The position numbers were made by a program, and so were the translations under genes. Positions 55,329 to 64,000 of a DNA stretch of 64,000 nt are shown piece by piece. The DNA lies in the NCBI RefSeq assembly GCF_009914755.1, contig NC_060934.1. One strand, given 5' to 3'. Origin of the DNA: the human T2T-CHM13v2.0 reference genome, Homo sapiens. Below the pieces are notes generated by a model, which was not told where the DNA came from, made no database searches, and saw only the letters and a list, made by a program, of their open reading frames with translations. How positions within the stretch are numbered: the first letter of the stretch is position 1; each line of letters begins with the position of its first letter.

Positions 55329-56989
55329 AGTAGTGGTTGTTTTCCTGGAAGTCTCATTACTATTTTGTAAAATTATCCTCACACAGTGGTTTAGCTTTTA
55401 TTTCTGTAGCTACCCATAGACTTTGTTGCTCTAGAGTCACTTTTTAAATTAAATTTTCAGTTTTGAATTATTGTACCAAATGAGTATATGGAGTCTGACA
55501 CCACATTGGTATGTGGTATAGTCCTGTTCTAGTTCCTGGAGATGACTCATTTTCCCACTTACAGTCCCACATAGTTGACAAGGAACTGGCTACTCTTTCT
55601 TTCTCCTGGCTTTATGCACACAGCATCATTCAATATCTGGGCATGATGGGGAACTATACCCTACACTTGCCTTCTGGTGGGGACTCTGGAGCCCCTCCCC
55701 ACCCAGGCCCATCTCCCATTCCCATGAGCTCCCCTGCTTCTGCTTTCACTCAGTGCTGCTATTTGGAGAAGTTGGCTTCCAGGTGCTTTCCTTGACTAAT
55801 TTCTGGCTTGGTTATGCATTTATTCGTTCTATGATGATATATTTTACGTGCTTTTAAACAACGGGCTTGGAGGGGCTGAGGTTTTCTCTGTCAGCTGAGA
55901 CATCTTAAAACTATTATTCTGTTATTCAATTGGTATAGATTAAACAAAGAAAAGATAATGCTAGTTGATGCTAGTTGTTTAGGGATATGAATATTCACAT
56001 ACACCATTTGGTAGGAATATAGATTACAGTAGAATTAGATCGTTCATATAAAAAGCCTTAGAAAAATGTGCATATCCCTAGAATAGACAATCCTATCCTG
56101 GTAATCTGTCCTTAATTATTTAAGTAAATAATATTTAATATCTAAGAAATAATTATTTAATTAAATAAATTATCTATTTAAATAATTAAGAATGTGGGCA
56201 AAGACATAGCTACCATCATTGCAATATTATCAGATGGTAGTAAATTGTGCTAATGGGAAATATTTTTAGTGAGCCTTGTATAGGGTTTTGGACAACTAAA
56301 TATTTAGGATACATTGTCTTCTCAATCAAAACATACTTTAGTGTCTCCTGGTTGTTAAAATCCTCTTTTGGGACAATTTTTAATATATTGATTTGCCTAC
56401 TACTGCAAGGAAAGCATTGGTATTTCCATATTACTGGTTTCAGGCCCTATCAATATATAATTACCAAGAAGTTAAAAACATTTATAATAAAATATATATA
56501 GTATAGAGTGAGCATATGTCAAGTATTTATTCAAATCATTAATGAGGGAACCAGTAGAATGACAAATCAGGTTCTAAGAGGGTATGAAAAAAGAATGCTG
56601 GCCTAAGAGTGCTAAATCAGATGTAAAATTGTTTAATGTCCCACAGGTCGATGTAATCATTACCTTTAGGTTTCTATTTTCTACTGGACAGAAATCCTGT
56701 GTGTCTGTACCATACAAAATTCATTTGCAACTTATAAAAGTCTATAAATTAACATAACCTTACTGATTCTGAGTCCTAGTCAACAGTAATAGTAAGGCAA
56801 ACAAAGTTACATTTCCTTAGAGTCCAATATTGTGACACAATACTCCAATAGTACATTAAAAAGGCATGCAGTAATTTCTGAAGCTTATTTCCAAGATTTA
56901 GAAGCTTTTCCTTAGTAGCCTCAGTTATTCCAATTATTAAAGTTGATGATAGTTAAACCACCATTCTGGTTCCTGAAGTATAAAAGCTG

Positions 56990-57797
56990 GGGTTCAGCTA
57001 TGATCTCTCGTTCTCTAGCATCTAATGGGTCTCTAAGTTATCCATCCATCTTCTTCAAGGTTCTGAAACAGCTATTCCTTTTCTCCTGTGTTCTCTACTG
57101 CTGTCTTAATTCAGGTCATTTTTAAAGTTTTACTTGGACCATTGCAATATCCTCTTAACTGGTCTCCGATGTGTTCTTCCTCTAACGCATTTCCCTGACT
57201 GTTGGCCAGAGCTATTGTCCTTAAGTGCAGATCTGATCATGTAATTTTCATGCTTAAAAACCTTCAATGCCCATCTTCTGCCATCATCTAAAAAAACCTT
57301 CAAACCTTCTAATATGCTATTTCTGTCTCTTCGGAGTCTGACTCAAAGTTTCTTTCCAATTTTATCTTTCACTGCAACCTTCCTAAACCTACCTCCACAA
57401 GCCAACCACACAGTCTTCTTGCCATTCCTTGTACCTGCTGTAAATTTTCTTGTCTCTCTCAGCTTAGTTCTTTCTTCTCATTATATAGCCTTTCATTTTG
57501 GAGTGCACATCTCCTACCAGTTACCCTTCAAACCCTGGCCTGGATGACTTCCCCCTCCTTCACTCCTCCTTCCATACTTAGAATTCATGTTTTCTTGAAC
57601 TGCAATCCCATTTTTCTTTGTCACCTTATCAAGGCACTTACTACATATTGCCTTAATCAGATGAATTAGTTACATCTCTGTCTCCCTTAGTAAATCATAA
57701 ACTCCTCGATGATTTAACTGTGTCTTATTTATAATCCGCCACGTTAGCTAGAATAGCACTTTGTACCTAGTGGAGGCTTGCACATGTTGGTTAAATG
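56990..57797 (+). mobile_element. L2, 3' portion
   Basis: attgcaatatcctcttaactggtctcc..cagatctgatcatgt..gcttaaaaaccttcaatg...tagaatagcactttgtacctagtggagg. Confidence 0.78.
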
Positions 57798-58953
57798 TTA
57801 TCGCCCTCAGTAGAAGTGCTTGAATCTGGAAAGGTAGAGCAAATGCTCGAAGAGCCACAAAGGAAGGAAACGTAACTTTGTGAACTGGTCTCCTTTTCTC
57901 CTTCTGTTGTCAAGGACAAGAACAATTTTACGAACATGAGGAATGACCTCTTTTGAGAACTTAACCCTGCAGCTTGGGGAATAATGTGGTGTGATAAGAC
58001 AGAGTTGTCAATTTGTATTTTTTAAAAAATGATTTATGTATTCAATGTATTGGGACTTTTAAAATTTCTCAAACTGAAAGGATGGTCAAACAAAAATGAT
58101 GCTGAGTAAAAAAAATAAAGAATCTAAATATTGTACAGAAGGTATTTAAACTAGTCAAATGAAAAGCAGATGTCTTAAATTAAAACACATAAATTATTTG
58201 AGCTTAAAAATTTCATATATCTTTGTGATGAAAATCTATCATTCAGGACCTAATAAGAGATTTTGAAAGTTTACATATTTGTATGTTTACTTAGTGACAT
58301 TCAATCAAATGTCTCTTTAAAGAGTTGTTTAGAATTATAGACAACAATGATTATGTTCTTATTGCATTATCTCCATTTCAATGTTTTTCTTAATACTTGT
58401 TTAACTTTGGGAGATTTAGAAAACATAAAACAGTGCATGGAAGAAGAAAATGACAATTATCTATATTTTCTGAGAGCATGAATGTATTTGAAGCATTCGC
58501 AGCAATCTGGATGGGCCCTTTCTTTTTCTGCGGTCTACTGTCCCTCCTGGAATGGCCCAGCCAGTGGGTCTTTCTCAGTAAGATAACCCTTCTCACACAC
58601 TTCTCTTCTTCCAGATAGAAAGATTCCTTAGAAGGTATCTGAAGACTTTCTCCTCTTGGACCAAAATCTTGGGTAACCAAGGCATTTTCTTTTAAGTTCA
58701 CCTAAGAAAAGAAAACACAACAATGGTATGAAAACGTTCCCACTTCCTCTTCCATGTGTGGGGAAGTGGATGAGATCAACTCTTTCTGGCATCCCAAGCT
58801 CTGACTCTGGGTCCTACACTTTGGTTGTATTGTACTTTTGTCTTTATTAACAATGTGCTTTATACTCTGACACAAAATGTTTTTGCTTCCAAACACACAT
58901 CCAGCTTGATGAAGGAGGGTCAAGGGGGACTATTTGGAGTGAAAATGCATCAG

Positions 58954-59316
<363 letters not shown>

Positions 59317-59639
59317 TTATGCATGGAGCATTCAGGTATCTGTCTGGGTGGACCTAGGATAGGGGTTCCATTTGATGACTTAATTCCTACATGGCATGAG
59401 AGATAAGTGTTGCACAAATTCATAGTGAGCATAGAAAACCACACTTCTGTACAAGAAATACCAGGGGAACATTGATTTTTTTTCTGCCCTAAAAACTCCT
59501 TGTATGTTGCAGAATAACTCTCATCTTTACAGTTCTCAAAACTAGTAGATCTTCTAGACTCATCATGCTTCCTAGCCAGGAACCCTGGTAAGGCCACTGG
59601 TGAAAACCAAACAAGAAGTAACAGTCTTTGAATTTTCTA

Positions 59640-59790
59640 ATACCCCCACATATTTGTGAGGAGCTTACATTATTGTCTCCACCAAATAGATGGAGGTCAG
59701 TGGCTTGTCCCAGGTCACACGGCTAGGAAGGGGCAGGAGTAATACTTCACCCCTTTCTCCTCTTCAACATTCTTCCTCTGACACCATCAG
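59640..59790 (-). mobile_element. MIR fragment
   Basis: gaggtcagtggcttgtcccaggtcacacggctaggaag. Confidence 0.65.
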
Positions 59791-61874
59791 GCCTGGCCAA
59801 TTTCAAGAATACATTATTATTCATGTGACAGAAAGAGACATGGCATTATAAGGTGACATTATAAGAATCAATTTCATGAGAAACCCATCTGAAGAAACTT
59901 TTGGAAGAGTGAATTTTATCAACATTATTGTGGGATTCTAGTTTTAACAACTCAGTGATCTGAGCCAATGTGAAGCTCTCCGTCTGTTACAATTCCCTTG
60001 AAATTCAGGGCAAAATGCAAACAAATTAAAACAATCTAACAAACTGAAAAATGTATAGCTGAGCTTGAAAGAAAGAAAGGAAAATCTCTGCATGCCAGAA
60101 ATTGATAGCAAACTTGCAAAGCAAGTGCAGAAGTTTGCCAGCTGTGGAGAGGCTGCTGTAGGGTCATGGACCCAGACAGAGGCCCTAACAGCTGGGGCCT
60201 TGGGTTTTAAGGCCCGAGCAGGGTCAGAAGCTAGAAATTAAGACCTTTGGAAGGAATTTTAGAAGGGAAAGATCTTGTTCTTAGAAGAAAAGAAACAAGG
60301 ACATGTCTTTTTATCTGGGGCACTGGATGGGGGTTGGAGGGAGTCCCCCATGAGAAGTCAAAATGAAGTCACATGTGGATTTATATGGCCCTCATGGTGT
60401 ATACTTTTTACACCAGAAAATGAATATAAAAACGGGTCCCCAAACTGTGAAGCCCAGTGAATGCAAAATCAAGATATCTCCGTAGCAGTATTTTCAAAAC
60501 CTAAAGCACATGGGAAAAAGTCAGTCTTGTTGCTGAACACATTTTTCTTCTTTAATATGGCATTAAGACTGGTGACTGCTGCAAAAATTTTATTAAATAA
60601 ATGATTTCCTTGGAACTTCAATCCCAAATCAAGTCATTGACCATTTTGGGGGATGTCTTTCCTTCTACTTGAAGAGTTGCAGAGTGATCAATTTAATTCC
60701 TGTCTTTATTATTCATACTCTTGACTACTAGTTTATAATATTGAATTTAAAACAGAAAGAATAAAACCAAATGAAAGAAACCTTATTAAATGCATGAAAA
60801 TCTTTTATTAATATAATTTTTAAAAATTAGTCGAGGAAAACAGAAAAAGTTATGGTGTAAGAATTCTGTAGACTAGAGTGTTGACTTACTTTGCAGAACC
60901 AATAGCACATAAGGACGTATTTTTTTCTTTAACCCCTTTTGTAATTACTTTAGAACAGTTTTCTTTTGATTTGGGTGGCTTTTTAATTGTCATTGTTCTC
61001 ACACAAAACTTTCAATATTGACTGATGAGAGATTTGTCAGCTTTGAGTTTCCAAATGCTTAAAAATAGTTCAGTGATCTTGCAAATACACACAAGCGCAC
61101 CTCTTTTCTCCTTGTTCGGGAGAAGCTTGAAGTCAGAAGAGCGGCTTGTTTACTTTCACCGTAGCCCCCCCATTTGCAATCCAAGTGAACCTGCCATGAC
61201 CTCCTTTGACCAAGCCTCTTCATCCAAAAGGCAGCCAGAGAGCATCTTGTGGCCAGATGTGCGCCCCCACAGCCAGCGTTCCTGGGCTCAAATGCATAAA
61301 TCCCCTGCTACCTGCGCTGACTGCTTCTTCACTGTTAACAAATGCCTCTTTGGACGGCTGCTCCCTGACCCAATTCCAAGGCAGGGAGGCGATTGGCCAT
61401 TTTGTGAAATGACACAAGATGGATGAGGTGTCATCATCTCCAAACCCAAGAAGATGACAGTTAGGCCTCATGCCCAAATCCTCCTTCTCCTTTCTTAGCA
61501 AGCACCAAGTTGATGAAGTTATCCTATATCACCACTGGGTCCAAGAAGTTTCTGGATCCCTGCAATACAAGATGAATTTCCATATTCCATCCACATAGGC
61601 CAAAACACCATCGTGAATGTCCAGTTCCCTTATTGTTTGTCCAGGATCTAAATGTTTCTGTCTGGCTTCTCTTACCTATTGATGCATTAAAAAATACTCA
61701 GTGGTGAAAAATATTGAATATAGTGCATTAGCTCCAGGGAAGCCAGCATTAGCCATTAATATTTCAGATTCATCTTTGCTGGAGAAAAACTATTTATCTT
61801 CTTCAGTGCATATTTTCTCCATCTTCATTCTTTTCCTTTCACTTCTGGAGCCGTAAACCAGTTGATGACGCTGA

Positions 61875-61980
61875 TGTAGCACTGTACTAAGGATTTCCGT
61901 CTTGATTCTCTCATTTAATCCTCTCTACAACCCTATGAGATAGGTTTTACTGGTATATTTTACAAGATGGGACTTTCCAC
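61875..61980 (-). mobile_element. MIR fragment
   Basis: ctcatttaatcctctctacaaccctatgagataggt..attttacaagatg. Confidence 0.75.
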
Positions 61981-63819
61981 TGCCAAATCCTGCAAAATTT
62001 CTGCTACATCATTGCCAAGATTTTCGAGGGTACATGGTTCAGTTCTTTTCTTGCTTTGATGAGTGAACTGAGCCCCTTGACTTCCTGAAACCTGGCTGCC
62101 AACAGACAATGGTAGAACCAGGAGCCACCAGGTCCAGTTTGCTCTTAGTCCGCACCTCCTTCTACTCCCCTCTGCTCCTCTCCACTGCCCTCTCTTCCAC
62201 TTTCCACTCCACTGTTCCATGTGCCTCTACAGCATGCACAGTTGCTTGTGTCTCCATGGGTCTTAGAGAAAGCTGCTGCACTAAGCCCAGTATCCCAGGT
62301 ACCCAAAACTGTTGACTCTGCATCATCAAATGAACGCCCCAACCCCACTGCCACCTCTCACATCCTCTGAAGTTACTGGCCCCTCTCTTCCTGACTCCCA
62401 GATGCTTTCACAGGATAAATTAACAAGTTCAGAGCAAGGAATTCTTGCATGTAATGGATGTGGACCCTAGTCAATGGATAAACAAGATACTATTCAGGAT
62501 AATAAATTTACTTTTTAAAATTTTACTTTTTCTCATGAGCTATGATCTCTACTTGCCTCCTATACAGTCTTGGAAAACTGGAAGCAGAACTGCAAACTAA
62601 TTATTATCTCTGAAGTAATATTTGCCCATAGTTCATTCCTCGGTTCATGTTGGCAACAAAAAGACCCCTAAGAGTCATGATGCGGGAAGATCCCTGTTTC
62701 CATTCCTAACATTTCTTCATCATCATTCATGGGATACCTGGTGTCCAACACAGTTAAACGACAGTGGTAGCCCCTTTCATTTCCATAGTTCTTTACAGTG
62801 TATAAAATCCTTGTAGGTAATTTTCTTACAGTCCTCATTTATAAATATAAAGCTAAATCTCAGAAACCTTAAGGAACTTGCCTAAAATAAAACAGCAAGT
62901 GGCAGAGTGTGCAAAATCTCCCAGTTTCCACTGCTGTGTATGACACAAGCTATTATTCATGAGCCACAAACAAGAGTGCCACAAAGACAAACCCCATACA
63001 TCATCAGGAGAAATCGCACAGACCTTGATGAAGATCACAAGTGGTTTACTGATCACAGGTTCTGTAAAGGGCATTGATGGCCATCTGAAGAAGTTATTAT
63101 ACACAGTCTTTTCAGGAAACTTAAATTTTGTCAAAGAGGATGCTTGCTTTAAGCTACTCAGGGTCTTAGCCTTGAATGACTCCAAGAAGCACCATCCAAC
63201 TGATATTTTTTGGCAAATGAGAGTTTTTCAATAATATAACGTGAGCCAAATGTTCACTGTGATTTTTCACTCAAATGAATAGAATCAGAGAGATTTACAA
63301 CTGAAAATAAACCTCTCTTGGTCTTCTGTGATGCTGGAGCTGGAACTTGCTTTAAAGGTCATCAACTCCTCCACCCCTATTTGCCCACCAGTATCTCTAG
63401 CTAGTGGTTTTTCACCCCTTTCTGGAACAGAGTCTGTGAGGGAGAATCTCACCCTCTCAGAAAGTAGCTTGTCGAATTCTGCCCGAAGTTTATGTTATTA
63501 GAAACTCCTTACACCAACAGAATAGTTCCACTTCTACCTGGCAGCCTTTGTTTTTAGTCAGATAAGGAAACAAGGGTCAGATAGGTGAAGTGTACCACTC
63601 TTGCCTGGTCGCAGGGTTGATGGATCCGACAACAGTGTCCCCTAAGGGTCTTACTCCAGCACCCCAGAGAAGAGCAAGGGTTCAGATACTGCCACGTGCT
63701 ACCACCTGCCTTGTTCTCCTTTCTATCTGGGTTGGATCTGGGCAGGACAAGACCACATGAGTGGTGCCTGGGTATTCCAGAGTGACCACTGTTGTGCACC
63801 ACACTTTCTGAGCATTTAT

Positions 63820-63957
63820 TTCACTTTAAGGCAATTACTTGTTTATTTGTCTTTGAGTTCCTCAAGGACAGGGACCATGTTTGGCGGGCTTAGCAGTGTA
63901 TCTCCAGGGCCTGGCACGGTCCCTGGCATGTAAAAACTTTTATTCTGAATAAATAAA
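63820..63957 (+). mobile_element. L2 3' end
   Basis: gagttcctcaaggacagggaccatgt..gtatctccagggcctggcacggtccctggcat..tgaataaat. Confidence 0.8.
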
Positions 63958-64000
63958 ACAGAAACTACAATTCCCGTCACCCTTGGGACCTTCATCTCAT

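Noticed and set aside
62853-63234. Overlapping antiparallel ORFs (110 and 91 aa)
   Set aside because: No recognisable protein family or splice framework.

Overview
This is primate (human-like) non-coding DNA, either intergenic or intronic; I cannot identify the locus. I find no supportable protein-coding gene, tRNA, rRNA or CRISPR array. The ORF track is explained by repeat remnants (MaLR internal ORF, L1 ORF2, L2 reverse transcriptase, Alu-derived frames) and chance ORFs. Much of the window is transposon-derived: a full-length MST (MaLR) provirus with intact 5-bp TSD, solo MLT1/THE1/LTR16 LTRs, 9 Alus, L1 fragments of several ages, many L2/MIR relics, and MER20, MER5A and MADE1. Repeat-poor, CpG-enriched stretches at about 24.0-25.2, 28.0-29.1, 31.8-33.3 and 61.1-61.4 kb look like candidate enhancers. 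The most unusual items are several quasi-palindromes that look like template-switch products (40514-40595 with two AP-1 sites, a pre-miRNA-sized hairpin at 43353-43411, 35268-35320, 56111-56190), a MADE1/miR-548-type hairpin, and a tiny young L1 insertion. I see no evidence of a new multi-gene biological system. Repeat subfamily calls come from recalled consensus sequences, and boundaries of old repeats are approximate.
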